From positions 32,001 to 96,000 of IMG/VR virus record IMGVR_UViG_3300020469_000021: a DNA stretch of 64,000 nt, one strand, 5' to 3'. Positions 34,690 to 45,312 of this stretch are shown in pieces. This DNA is from a virus. Numbering within the stretch: position 1 is the first letter of the stretch; each line of letters begins with the position of its first letter. A program made the translations under genes and the position numbers. Below the pieces are notes generated by a model that made no database searches, had not been told where the DNA came from, and saw nothing but the letters and a program-made list of their open reading frames with translations.

Positions 34690-34998
34690 ATGAAAGAAGA
34701 GCTAGACAATAAAACATTAAAGAAAATTTTGAGAGGCAAAGAAACAGGTGGATGGGGAGACTATTCAGCTTTTCGCCATGCACAGAAAAGAGCGCTTCAG
34801 AGGCATGGAATCGACATTAACATTAGGGTTTACAGAGAACTCTGTCTGAAGGCTCTTAATTCTCCTGTCAAAAGAAAAGCAAAGGGCGGTAGAAAAGTCG
34901 TCTCCCTTCCACATAGAAAAAAAAGATTTAGGGTTGTTTTTGACCCCGACACAAACACGATTGTAACCTTTCTTCCAAAAATGGAAAAAAAACCTTGA
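34690..34998 (+). CDS. Basic protein, possible RelE/BECR-like fold
   Basis: HA.KR..QR.GI ... FRVVFD....IVTFLP; own promoter. Confidence 0.35.
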   Translation: MKEELDNKTLKKILRGKETGGWGDYSAFRHAQKRALQRHGIDINIRVYRELCLKALNSPVKRKAKGGRKVVSLPHRKKRFRVVFDPDTNTIVTFLPKMEKKP

Positions 34999-35070
34999 CA
35001 GGCATTATCCTTTATGTAATATTAGAGGCTCAATCAAATTTATCACACAAAAAATAGAAATTCGCACAAA

Positions 35071-37413
35071 ATGATTATCGCACAAGACAAGTCTAAAAAA
35101 GTAGTTCAATCTCATGATTTTGAGCAAGTAAATTGCACCATCGATGCAGAAGATATGCGCTATGTCGCATCTCTTTTGAGAAACAATTACTCCAATCCAC
35201 CTCTCGCAGTAGTTCGTGAGATTACCGCAAATGCGCTTGACGCAAATCTTGAAGCAAATTCAAGTCGCAGGATTGAAGTTACTATTCCATCTGCTCTTAA
35301 TCCTCATTTTGTTGTTCGTGATTTCGGGGGTGGACTCAGTAAGGAAGATATTTTTGGTCTTTATTCTAAGTATGGAAAATCAACGAAAAGAGATAGCAAT
35401 AATTATATCGGTGCTTTCGGCATTGGTAAGTTTGCCCCCCTTTCTTATGGTGATAATTTTACTTGCGTATCCTACCACAATGGTACGAAAGCTACATATA
35501 ATATTTTTGTTAATGACGATGACGATACCAAGATTGTCGAGTTGCAAAAGCCTCAACCATCTGACGAACCAAGTGGTTTAGTAATAGAGGTTGCAGTTGC
35601 CGATGAAGATGTAGACACTTTTAGAGATGTTTGCAAACAATTCTTTCGCTTTTTCTCTGAAGAAGAAAAACCTAAGTTTATTGGTGTTGGAGAAGATGAA
35701 GAGTTTTTCGAGCCATACAAGGTTGTAATGGAAGCTGAAGATAAATCTTGGTGGATTCTTGAGGATGAAAGAGATTATTGGAGTAAAAGCCATGCAGAAT
35801 CTCATGCAGTTATGGGTAGGGTTCACTATCCGCTTAACACAAATGCAATAAATTTCTCATCAATTACAGATGGAGATGAATCTCTAACTAGAAACTTGAA
35901 AGAGTTAGCTTCGCACGAAAATCTTTACATTCGTTTTGATATTGGTCAACTCAAATTGCATCATAGCAGAGAATCTTTAGAGTACAACAAGCAAACTCAA
36001 AAGGAAATTCTATCTGTTTTAATGAATGTCCAAAAGGATATTGAGAAGATTGCAAAGAAAAAACTTGGTGATGCAGAAGATTTGTGGGACGCAAAAGCCA
36101 AGTATGCTCAAGTAATTAATGCTCTTCCTTATGGTCTTAAAAACTTATTTCAAAATTCTTTTGAATGGGATGGCATAAAGATCAAAGGAATAGAGATCAG
36201 TAGGGATTACAAGTATCAAGACGATATTATTATTACTGATTACCACAAGGATTCCGATGCAGATGCGACCGATGGTTATAGAGTTCGCTCTACAAAAATT
36301 CACAGAATCCTTCCGCATGAGAATACTCAACTCTGTATTCAATTCAATAAGCATCCTCATGGCAACGCTCAAAGAGTCAGAACCTTGTTCCAACAGAACG
36401 AAAATCTTGATAAAGTTACTTGCGTTTATGCTACCGAAGTAGGAGAAGAGCATCTTTATGATATTGATGGTATGCAGTTTAACAAATTTAAGAAGGGTAG
36501 AACCATTGACATTTCTACTATTGAAAAGGCAAAGTTGCAATCGAGAGGAACAGGTGTTTCGGGAGAAAGTCGAGCAGATGTCCCTCTTTTTGAATTTGAT
36601 GCAGATAATAAGAATAAATGGCAAAGGAAAAACGCAGACTATTGGCTTAATTGTATAGAAAAAATTGATGAATTAGAGTCTATTGCTTCAGAAGGTGGAG
36701 ATACGCTAATTTATGTTCCGATTTCTAATTATAAGATTGTCGATGACAAGGTAACAGGTCAAGAAGCAGTTATGGGATTGGACGCTTTTAAGAGAGATGT
36801 AAAAGCAATTTTCAATATTCAAAAGGATCAAGATGATTCATTCAGTCAACCTTTAATTTTAGGTATACGCAAAAAAGATTGCAATAAACTCGATAAAGCG
36901 TATTGGAAATCATGGGATGACTACAAGAAATCTTTTGCAAAGTCTTATTTAATAAACAATAAGCATATAATTACAAAATCTGAGAAGGCAATGGCTTATA
37001 AGGAGAATCAGTATAATATGAAAAATTATCGTTTACTTCATTCTTTGTTGGATAATCCTAATTGGAGAAAATTCGTCCAAGCTAATTTGCCTTCCCATCA
37101 CATTTGGTCTGAACTCATGGAAGATGTTGAGTTGATGATTGCAGAAGGCGCAGAAGAGCAGAAACTTACAACTATTTATCGTCTAGTAAACTTCTTGAAG
37201 AAAGAGGATGAAGAATGGGTCAAGGAAAATATTCAGTCAGATTATGATGTGAATGAATTCGACAATAAATGTTTAGAAATTTCTAAGCAATACCCATTGC
37301 TCGTCAATATTTGTGAAGGAATTTACGGATGGAGAAGTATGCAAGAGGGAAGCATTGGAGACAACATAATTAGCTACATAAATTTGTGCGATAAAGTGGG
37401 GGTTGGGAATTAA
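35071..37413 (+). CDS. rIIA: rIIA-like protein (N-terminal GHKL ATPase)
   Basis: YSNP.LAVVREI.ANA.DA, VRDFG.GLS, YG.STKR.SN..IG.FGIG, SRESLEY; adjacent to rIIB. Confidence 0.85.
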   Translation: MIIAQDKSKKVVQSHDFEQVNCTIDAEDMRYVASLLRNNYSNPPLAVVREITANALDANLEANSSRRIEVTIPSALNPHFVVRDFGGGLSKEDIFGLYSKYGKSTKRDSNNYIGAFGIGKFAPLSYGDNFTCVSYHNGTKATYNIFVNDDDDTKIVELQKPQPSDEPSGLVIEVAVADEDVDTFRDVCKQFFRFFSEEEKPKFIGVGEDEEFFEPYKVVMEAEDKSWWILEDERDYWSKSHAESHAVMGRVHYPLNTNAINFSSITDGDESLTRNLKELASHENLYIRFDIGQLKLHHSRESLEYNKQTQKEILSVLMNVQKDIEKIAKKKLGDAEDLWDAKAKYAQVINALPYGLKNLFQNSFEWDGIKIKGIEISRDYKYQDDIIITDYHKDSDADATDGYRVRSTKIHRILPHENTQLCIQFNKHPHGNAQRVRTLFQQNENLDKVTCVYATEVGEEHLYDIDGMQFNKFKKGRTIDISTIEKAKLQSRGTGVSGESRADVPLFEFDADNKNKWQRKNADYWLNCIEKIDELESIASEGGDTLIYVPISNYKIVDDKVTGQEAVMGLDAFKRDVKAIFNIQKDQDDSFSQPLILGIRKKDCNKLDKAYWKSWDDYKKSFAKSYLINNKHIITKSEKAMAYKENQYNMKNYRLLHSLLDNPNWRKFVQANLPSHHIWSELMEDVELMIAEGAEEQKLTTIYRLVNFLKKEDEEWVKENIQSDYDVNEFDNKCLEISKQYPLLVNICEGIYGWRSMQEGSIGDNIISYINLCDKVGVGN

Positions 37414-37585
37414 TTTTCCCTTCCCTCATATTTTTGTTGACAAGTTCATGTATATTCGCATAATTGTAGGAATGCTTAGATAAAACAACTTTTTTAAAAT
37501 TTAAAATCATTAAAAATAAACTTGACAGAATCAAAAATTTTTAGTATAGTATAGCAATAACATTAAGAAATAGAGATAAAAAATT

Positions 37586-38764
37586 ATGAGTGAGAGAATA
37601 CCATATACATTAAGTGAAAGTTCAATTTGCGTTTTTTGGGAAGGCAAGCCTTATACCATTCGCAAAGACAATGTAAACTTTGAAAATTTGAAGCAAGCGA
37701 TATTTGACGCTAGATACGAGGATGTTCCACAATATCTTGACATCGTTAAGGCAGTAGAAAATTTTGTTGAAGGCGACATCGAAGTTCGTGACGAAGTAGT
37801 TTACTACAAAAGTCATCGCTTGCATGGTGTTGTCGTGAATAAGTTGCTTGAAATGCTTCGTGCAGGAATGAAAGACTCTGCTCCGCTTACTAATTTCATT
37901 TCTCGTTTGCAAGCCAATCCAAGCGCTAATTCGGTAAATGAACTTTATTCCTTTATGAATTACAAGATGCTTCCTAACACTCCCGAAGGTAAGGTTTTGG
38001 GATACAAAGGAGTTCAATCTGATTATTGGTCAACCACAGGTAATGCAGATACCATTGTTCTTCAAGGCAAGACAAACGAAAGGCATCAAATTTTGAATGA
38101 AGTTGGCACAACCATCGAAGTTCAACGCAGATGCGTGGATGACAATAAGGACAATCATTGTTCTTTTGGGCTTCATGTCGGTTCTTATGATTATGCTGAT
38201 TCTTGGGCAGGAGATGGTGGAAGATTGCTTGTAGTCGAGTTTGACCCTGCTGATGCAGTTAGCGTTCCGACTGATTGTGATTTTCAGAAATTGAGGGTTT
38301 CCAAGTACAAGGTAGTCGAAGACATTACTGAACACAGGAAAGAGATGAATAAACCTGTCTACGAGGCTAATAAGCCCATCTATGGATCGAATAATGATAA
38401 TGATTATGAAATTGAGGATGAGGATGAAGGTCGTGATTATCTTTATGATGATGATGGAATAGATGGTGATTATGACATGGATCAAACCGATTCGGATGTT
38501 GAATCAAGAGATTCCAAAGAATTCTTCAAGAGATTTGCGAGTGCTAAAAATGAGGAAGACTTCTTAACGCATTTAGCTATACGAAATTATGTAGACAATA
38601 AGCATGACAAGGGCATCAATCCTTCTGTCAAGCAAGTTCGTTCTTTACAAGTTGTTCGTGATGCGAAGTTTGATACTGCACAAGTTGGAGACATCTTAGA
38701 TCAATTAGGGTTTAATTTAGATGGAAATGGTTGCCTTACCGACAAGTTGGTTTTAAGAAACTGA
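37586..38764 (+). CDS. rIIB: rIIB-like protein
   Basis: NPS..SV.ELY.F...LP.TPEG..LGYK, CS.GLHVG...YA, V..DP.D.VSVP.D....KLRV.KY.V. Confidence 0.85.
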   Translation: MSERIPYTLSESSICVFWEGKPYTIRKDNVNFENLKQAIFDARYEDVPQYLDIVKAVENFVEGDIEVRDEVVYYKSHRLHGVVVNKLLEMLRAGMKDSAPLTNFISRLQANPSANSVNELYSFMNYKMLPNTPEGKVLGYKGVQSDYWSTTGNADTIVLQGKTNERHQILNEVGTTIEVQRRCVDDNKDNHCSFGLHVGSYDYADSWAGDGGRLLVVEFDPADAVSVPTDCDFQKLRVSKYKVVEDITEHRKEMNKPVYEANKPIYGSNNDNDYEIEDEDEGRDYLYDDDGIDGDYDMDQTDSDVESRDSKEFFKRFASAKNEEDFLTHLAIRNYVDNKHDKGINPSVKQVRSLQVVRDAKFDTAQVGDILDQLGFNLDGNGCLTDKLVLRN

Positions 38765-39299
38765 TATGTCAATTTCTCTATTAGAAAGTTCGCTCAAACA
38801 AGCGTCAGTTACTCAAATTGACGCTTGTTGGGCGATCTTGAAATATAAGGATATGGGTATTCTAAGAAAAGTTCGTTGCATTAGTTTTGTCCTCGATATA
38901 GATTATGACACTTTTCTAAAAGAATGTCCATCTAGTAATGAAGGTAGAATTTACGATCAGCATACTCGTAATATGATTGATGCGAGTTTGAAGAAATATT
39001 CTTGACTATGTTCCAATTATATCGTAAGATTGGGGCATAAATTAATTTTGTTAAAATGGTTACTTTAAATAAAGATGGTACTCCTCGCAAGAAGGGGAGT
39101 GGAAAGACAAAAGGTTCTACTTCTTTCGTTGAAATTAAACTCTCTACGCTCAAGAATCTAGTGAAGGATGGGGTTACAATTCCTGTTAGCAGAAAGTGGC
39201 TAAATGCACTTGGATACAAAGAAAGTTCTGTTGCTTCAAATAAATCCAAGGAAGAGAGTTCAGATAAGGTAGAGTTTACTATAACAAATTTTGAATAAA

Positions 39300-40460
39300 C
39301 TTTAACCAACATAGACAATTAATTTAAATTTAATATAATTTATTTTACATAATAAAAAATTGTCATTTGTGGTAGAGCGAAAACAAGAAAGACGAACGGA
39401 AAAGTCAAATTCGGGGCGCTAGTTAATTAAATACAAAAATATGATAAGTAATATCAGATTCAAAGCAATAGACGATTTGAAAAACTTGAGAGCAGAAGTT
39501 CTGACATTGCCGAAGCCAAGCAAACAAGATGATGAAAGAATAAGTAAATTAGCTGAAGAAAACAAGTTAATCAAAATAGGAATTATTAAGCAAACCGCCA
39601 AAAAGAAATAGATAAAAAATTCTTATTTATTAATATAATTTAATTATAATTTAAAATAACCCAAACTAAATTTTATAATGAGCCACAACGCTTACCAAGT
39701 ATATGATGCTAAAGGCAATTTTCATGCAGGATATGACATTGATTGTCGTTCATGGAGTCAAAATGATGCACTCAAATGGGCTAAGATTACCGCCAAACAT
39801 ATTCATGGCTTAATTATGCTAAAGTCCTCTGAATCAGAGACTTTGCGAGTCATCCACAACTTCTCCCATAAGAAATATAACAATAATGCTAATAGTAAGA
39901 ATAATAAGCAAAATAATAAGTAAGAAAATATATGGGTTTGAGATGTGGAGTTTTTAAATATATAAAAAATAAGATAAAATAAGAAATTTTAAATTAATGA
40001 AAACTTTACCTATGTTATGTTCGATGGTTTTGTGGGGCAAGCTGAGAGCTAGAAAGAAACAAAACAAAATAGAACAAAATAAAACAAATAATAAGCGCCC
40101 CAAGAAAGTGCAAAGAAATGATTATGGATTTCCTACATTTAAATAGAAAAAATTACTAATCAAATTTTCACTAAATAATAGAACTTAATAAAGATTTATA
40201 ATAATTTTAATAAGATTAGGGCGCATTTAATTAAATTTAAAATAATTTAAAATAAACACAAATAAGCATCTGCGAAATAATCGCCCGAATGAAAAGCAAA
40301 CGCGGAAATAATTAAATAAGAAAATACATAAAGTACAAATAATCTAATTGCAAAAGATTTTTTGCGGAAATAAGATAAATGCAGAGCAAATATTAAAAGA
40401 ATACAAATAATATTTAATGAAATAAAGAATCAACGCAAAAGTTAATTATATAGATTTTTT
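39300..40460. other. Very AT-rich, A-skewed, mostly non-coding region with iterated AAATAA (candidate origin)
   Basis: Only one plausible ORF (39678-39923); AAATAA/AAAATA recurs throughout the + strand. Confidence 0.4.
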
Positions 40461-40545
40461 TGTGTTTTATGTGACAATTTTTTATGTTGACATTATGTAT
40501 AATTCTGTCAGACTTAGGGTAAACAATGAGAAACCAAATATCAAT

Positions 40546-41070
40546 ATGAGTTTAGCAAGAGAAATAAATAAGAAATTAGATGAAATATTGTCAATTAAGA
40601 ATGAAATAAATAAGTTGAGAGAAGAAGTTTCTCCCGATGCACTCTTGACAAATCACGAAACAGGTGATACTATGTCTCGTGATGATGCGATAAAGGTAGC
40701 AGAAGGTGTTATCGAGCGTATCAATGACGACCTAAATAAACTTACAAACCAAGGACAAAATGTTAGAAATATCTTTGATAATACTTTCTATATTAATGAT
40801 TTACTTCAAGATAAGGAACGACCCGATGGGGTAAAGAGTAAAAAACAAACAAAATCAAATAAAATAAAGAAAAAATATTCTAAAAAATGGAGCGCACCGC
40901 CTTCGGGCTTTAAGTCTTCACCCAAACCACAGGCAGATGCGTTAAATGAATTAAAAAATAAATTAAATAAAGATGGATATTTTGATAAGAATGGTAAAAT
41001 TTCACAAGAAGAATTCATGAAAAAATTAAGAGAATACTATAACCGAAAACAAGATGAAGAACCTTGGTAA
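40546..41070 (+). CDS. Hypothetical coiled-coil protein (start probably MSLAR)
   Basis: Upstream part of the track ORF contains the TTGACA promoter at 40487. Confidence 0.5.
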   Translation: MSLAREINKKLDEILSIKNEINKLREEVSPDALLTNHETGDTMSRDDAIKVAEGVIERINDDLNKLTNQGQNVRNIFDNTFYINDLLQDKERPDGVKSKKQTKSNKIKKKYSKKWSAPPSGFKSSPKPQADALNELKNKLNKDGYFDKNGKISQEEFMKKLREYYNRKQDEEPW

Positions 41071-41530
41071 AAAAGAATAAAAAAGGTGTTGACTTTTTAA
41101 AAAAACCTGTCAGACTTATAGAATAACAATTAAAACAGGAGGAAAAATATGGCAAACATAGCAAAATGCGCAAGGGCAACTGCGGTAATGAACAAGGTAA
41201 AAGGGAGAGACCCACACGCTTTCAATCGCAGGTTTCTAGGATATAACGAGGCGATAGAGGGCATCATTGCCCAACAGAAACAAGCCGATCTTCAACTCAA
41301 GCAAATACAAGCTCAAAGAGCAATTAGAGTAGCAAAAGGGGTAGCATAATGAATTTATCACAGGAAAATAATTTAATAGAAAAAATTGCTCAATTAATAG
41401 ATGAGTATCTCGAAACAGAAGTCGAGGACTTGAGCCACATAGATAAGATGGTTCAAATACAAAAGCAAGAGGCAAAGAAACTACAAGAAAAAAATAATGC
41501 ACTTGACGCAATAAATGGAGGTAGCAAATA

Positions 41531-41746
41531 ATGATTGATCCCGACGAGTGGATGGAGGAAGCAATAGGTGCAAGTGATCCTTTTAATTCATTATTATATA
41601 AACTTAATCAAATAAAAAATCAGATGAAACAAGAGTTGGGCAGAGAGCCTACCGCAGAAGAAATTTCTTCTGAAACAAAAATTGAAATTGGAGTAATAAC
41701 AAAACTACTTCCTATCGTAAAAAAGAGAAAACTTCACGAACAATAA
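41531..41746 (+). CDS. Stand-alone sigma-70 region 3-like mini-protein
   Basis: KLNQIKNQMKQELGREPTAEEISSE matches the region 3 signature (ELGREPT.EE). Confidence 0.7.
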   Translation: MIDPDEWMEEAIGASDPFNSLLYKLNQIKNQMKQELGREPTAEEISSETKIEIGVITKLLPIVKKRKLHEQ

Positions 41747-41754
41747 AATTGTAC

Positions 41755-41783
41755 TTGACAAATATCAAATATTGTAGTATGAT
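41755..41783 (+). promoter_or_regulatory. Sigma70-type promoter of the large ncRNA locus
   Basis: TTGACA-17-TATGAT, followed by boxA-like GATCTTTAACA at 41833-41843. Confidence 0.7.
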
Positions 41784-41849
41784 ATATAAATAATCAAAAT
41801 TGAGAACCAAACTCAAATAAATAAAATAAATCGATCTTTAACATTTTAA

Positions 41850-42270
41850 TTTTCCAAGAGGCAGGACAAGCAATGGAGTTGAAAAACCTTAAATGGTTAG
41901 TAAGAAAATTGCTGGAGAGCCTTTAGAAGGACTGAAGTTACCTATAGAGCTTAAGTAGTTACTGAAGAAAATTTTTTCACTTTTATTTTCCTAGCTACTA
42001 CTTCGTATGAAGTAAGTTTCGCAAAAGGAGTTACTGACGAAATTCACTCTTGGAAAACACTTTGGAAGGGCTTATAATCCTTCCTGTGGGTGACTGAACT
42101 AATCCTGTCGTGAGCGGGATAAAGTATGCAAATTCCCTGTGGTAGGGTAGGTAGAGTCCAATCGGATGAGCTTAGTACGATTCCAAGTATAGTTTGTAGT
42201 TCGAAGTAGGTAATCCTGAACTGATGTTCACGCCGAAAAGTTGGAGGTATACAGTAGTCCTCCCCCACAC
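41850..42270 (+). ncRNA. Candidate large structured non-coding RNA
   Basis: 11-bp long-range helix 41850-41860/42047-42057; second domain closed by TGTGGG 42085/CCCACA 42264; many hairpins; no credible ORF. Confidence 0.65.
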
Positions 42271-42296
42271 CTATTTGTTTCATATTATTATTCCTG

Positions 42297-42445
42297 TTTG
42301 TGGTAAAGGTTGTATTTGGACTGAAACGTTTGAATAACCTTCTTTGCGAAGGGGTACTAAAGGGTATTGTAGCGGATTTCGTAGTCTGGTTATTTCATCG
42401 CCCTTCCCGTAACTACATAAAAGCGTGGAACACTTTCCCACTCCT
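42297..42445 (+). ncRNA. Second structured RNA or 3' domain of the large ncRNA
   Basis: Closing GTGGTAAAG/CTTTCCCAC; long hairpin AAGGTTGTATTTGGAC-TGAAAC-GTTTGAATAACCTT; AAGGG/CCCTT stem. Confidence 0.45.
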
Positions 42446-42448
42446 CCG

Positions 42449-42487
42449 ACCCTCACCTGCTTTTTTTTGCAGGTGGGGGTTTTTTTG
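42449..42487 (+). terminator. Intrinsic terminator
   Basis: ACCCTCACCTGC/GCAGGTGGGGGT stem followed by T-run. Confidence 0.8.
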
Positions 42488-42778
42488 TTGTTGACTTTGT
42501 GAGTTATTCTGTCAGTATATAGGTATGAATACATTAAAAGAAATTATAGATTGTTGGGGGTTTGTTAATTCTATTCAACTTAAAGAGTTGGCTCAGTATT
42601 TTCCAAACACTCCATTAGTTATTAAATGGGGTATGCGTCAGAGGGAGATCTGCCAAGCTTGCGATGTTGCTGATCGCATCGAAAAGGTAGAGTCTGAGTC
42701 AGACGACTATGTTCGTGAAGTTTTCATTCAAGTAGACAACTTCCGCCAATTAAAATCAGTACTAGGAGTAGAGGAATA

Positions 42779-43177
42779 ATGGAACTAAGAAATCAAAACA
42801 ATATTAGATACAAAATTGATTATAATAAAAAGGTTTTTGTTTATAAGAATTTACATAGAGACTGTTGGTCTATAAAACAGGGCGGGTTGGTAAAAGCCCA
42901 TGCCAATGAAGTTGATCTTTGGGATTGTGCTTTTCAAGTCAATGCCACAGGCAGGAAGAAAGTTTTGGAAGAGAGGCGCAAGAATGTTCACGCAGGAATC
43001 AAGGGTTATATGGATAAGGAGCCTATCGCATCGTACGAAGATTCATTTGAAGTAACTTACAATCCCTACAAGTACGAGACTTTTGTATACAAAAACTCAG
43101 AGAACCCAATCTACGCCTCTCATTCAGTCAAGCTATCACACAACAAAGTGCTGGCAGACTATGGACCCGAGCGATAA
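42779..43177 (+). CDS. Conserved phage hypothetical protein
   Basis: VYKNLH..CWSI...GLV..H...GR..VL.E.RKNVHA.I.G motif. Confidence 0.65.
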   Translation: MELRNQNNIRYKIDYNKKVFVYKNLHRDCWSIKQGGLVKAHANEVDLWDCAFQVNATGRKKVLEERRKNVHAGIKGYMDKEPIASYEDSFEVTYNPYKYETFVYKNSENPIYASHSVKLSHNKVLADYGPER

Positions 43178-43311
43178 CAATCTAAACAATAAAACAAATA
43201 TATGGAAATAATTATAATATCTATAGCAGTAGGAATATCAATGTATATTAGAACAAATAATCTTATGAATTAAAATTTGCAATACTATAATCAAGCGCGT
43301 AGCTTTTTGGC

Positions 43312-43380
43312 CTAAGTCACTGAAGATCAAAGGGTTACGGCGCTCAGAGCGGTGTAAGTTGTTGGTATTCAGTAAGTTAA
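43312..43380. repeat. 69-bp tripartite element, copy 1
   Basis: CTAAGTCACTGAAGATCAAAGGGTTAC-GGCGCTCAGAGCGGT-GTAAGTTGTTGGTATTCAGTAAGTTAA. Confidence 0.85.
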
Positions 43381-44864
43381 GTTTTTTTAAAAAAAAAGTG
43401 TTGACTTAACCCAAGAATCTGTCAAACTAATAATTATGAAGATTGAACAAGACAGCGAATACCATCTCTCACTTGCCATTGAGCAAGTGATGATGAAACT
43501 ACAAAGCCTTGGAGCTACCAACGAAGATAGTCCTTTTGGAGAAACATTTGCCACGCTTGCCGTGCTATTAATGAAAGTTAGAGAAGAGGAGGAACAAAAT
43601 GAAAATGCAGATGCTTAGAGTTAAGATTCCCGTTTCCCAATGTATTGAGGAAGTTAAAGATTATATTTTATATAGTGAAATGGAGGGCGAGGTAGACAAG
43701 ACAGATCCTTGGTACTCAACCTTCGAGCTGCTAGAAGAACTAAAACAAAAAGTACTAGACGAGGAGGAAATGTCAAATGAATAAACTAATGGAAGCACAC
43801 AAGAAAAAGTTGGAGGAAAGATGTTCAATCACCGACGCAATCTCTGGAGTTGCAGATGAACTCTACGAAATGCGAAAGAATAACGATGAAACTTTCTTTC
43901 AATTAAAAAACATAGCGGGATCTCTCGACCTAGTTAGTCAGTACCTCTACGACATTAGTTGGGAGTTAAAGAAAAGCAACGAAAAAAGTGTTGACACAGA
44001 CGCATTAATTCAATAGTATTTTAACTATGATTACATTAGACACACCCGAACAAATCGATATGTTTCGATTCCTCAGTCTCAAATCCGCACTCAAGCTAGA
44101 GTGTCTTGGAATGAGCAGAAGAGGTCAATCAGCATATTCAATTATTAAAGCCGAGTACGGATTCAAAGGCAACAAGAAGTCCGTCTTAGAACAAATGGAA
44201 CAAATTATTAAGGAGTTTAAAAATGACTAAAGCACAGATAGAATCAAGAGTAGAAGGTTGGAATTGGAATATGAATATCTTCGAGATATATGATGAGCTC
44301 AGAGATGGGCATACGGGAGAAGAGCAAGAGCAACTTTTAACTTTTGCTTATAATTATTTCAATAACGATACAATGATCAAAGAGCTTGCGGATCATTTTT
44401 GCATAACTATTCATACAGACGAAGACTCACCAATCCCTTGCTAAGATGGAATTTGAGCAAAGAATGATAGATTATGCCCAAAAGTGGTATGAAGTAAACG
44501 ACCTAGAGACAGAGAAAAAGAACGGAAACGATCTTTATCTTCGAGTCAATGACAATGTATTTACTGAAGTCTCACACTGCGACATCAGACAAAAAGCCAT
44601 GCTATGGTTAGAATCAGAATTAGAAGGAGTAAACAATTATTAAAATGAACAATTACATAGAAGCAATCTGTATCGGCAAACCATTGGACTTGCCCGAATA
44701 CAATGAAGACACAGAACTTTGGGAGGTTCACTTTGAGGAATCACCCACCCCTTGGCATCCATATGATGAACAAGATTTAATTTCTTATAGTTGTGACTCA
44801 GCCGAAGAGGCATGCGAGTTGTACAACTATTACAACCAAAACCCTGTAACAAAGGATAATACAA

Positions 44865-45098
44865 ATGAAGAAGATAATTAATAAAATTAAAAGAATGTTC
44901 AACCCATTGTATAGCTTGGTCTATACTACTAAGGATGGACGCACCGAAATGTATACCATTGAGAAGCCTTTGCATGTCAATGAGTTTGGCAATGTAACTG
45001 AGAAGCTTGTTACTGCAGGCTTCAGAGCGTACTGCCATAACAAGAATGGTATTCGCTCCTTTCGATATGATAGAATCGTATCGCTAAATCGAGCCTAA
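44865..45098 (+). CDS. WYL-like small protein
   Basis: Y.TKDG.T...AYCH...GIRSFRYDRI. Confidence 0.5.
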   Translation: MKKIINKIKRMFNPLYSLVYTTKDGRTEMYTIEKPLHVNEFGNVTEKLVTAGFRAYCHNKNGIRSFRYDRIVSLNRA

Positions 45099-45148
45099 CC
45101 AAATAAGCCTTTGAGTATGTTCGTGTTATAGGGTTAATAGAAAACTTC

Positions 45149-45217
45149 GCAAGTCGTTGGTTATCAGCGGCTTGCGTCGCCCTGAGCGGCGTAAGTGCTT
45201 GATAGCTAGCAGGTTAT
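45149..45217. repeat. 69-bp tripartite element, copy 2
   Basis: GCAAGTCGTTGGTTATCAGCGGCTTGC-GTCGCCCTGAGCGGC-GTAAGTGCTTGATAGCTAGCAGGTTAT. Confidence 0.9.
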
Positions 45218-45312
45218 GACTATTTTAACTTTACTTGATTTTTTTTCTTGCGTTTTACTTATCACCTGTCATACTCATATATACAAAGCAACTTAAACAT
45301 AAGGAGAAAATC

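Noticed and set aside
41850-42445. tmRNA, RNase P RNA, rRNA or group I intron identity for the large ncRNA
   Set aside because: No tRNA-like ends or tag frame, no RNase P P4 signature recognised, and it does not interrupt a gene; a covariance search is still needed.
42044-42534. Track ORFs 42044-42283, 42280-42534 and 42300-42494
   Set aside because: Unprotein-like composition; they overlap the structured RNA locus and its terminator.
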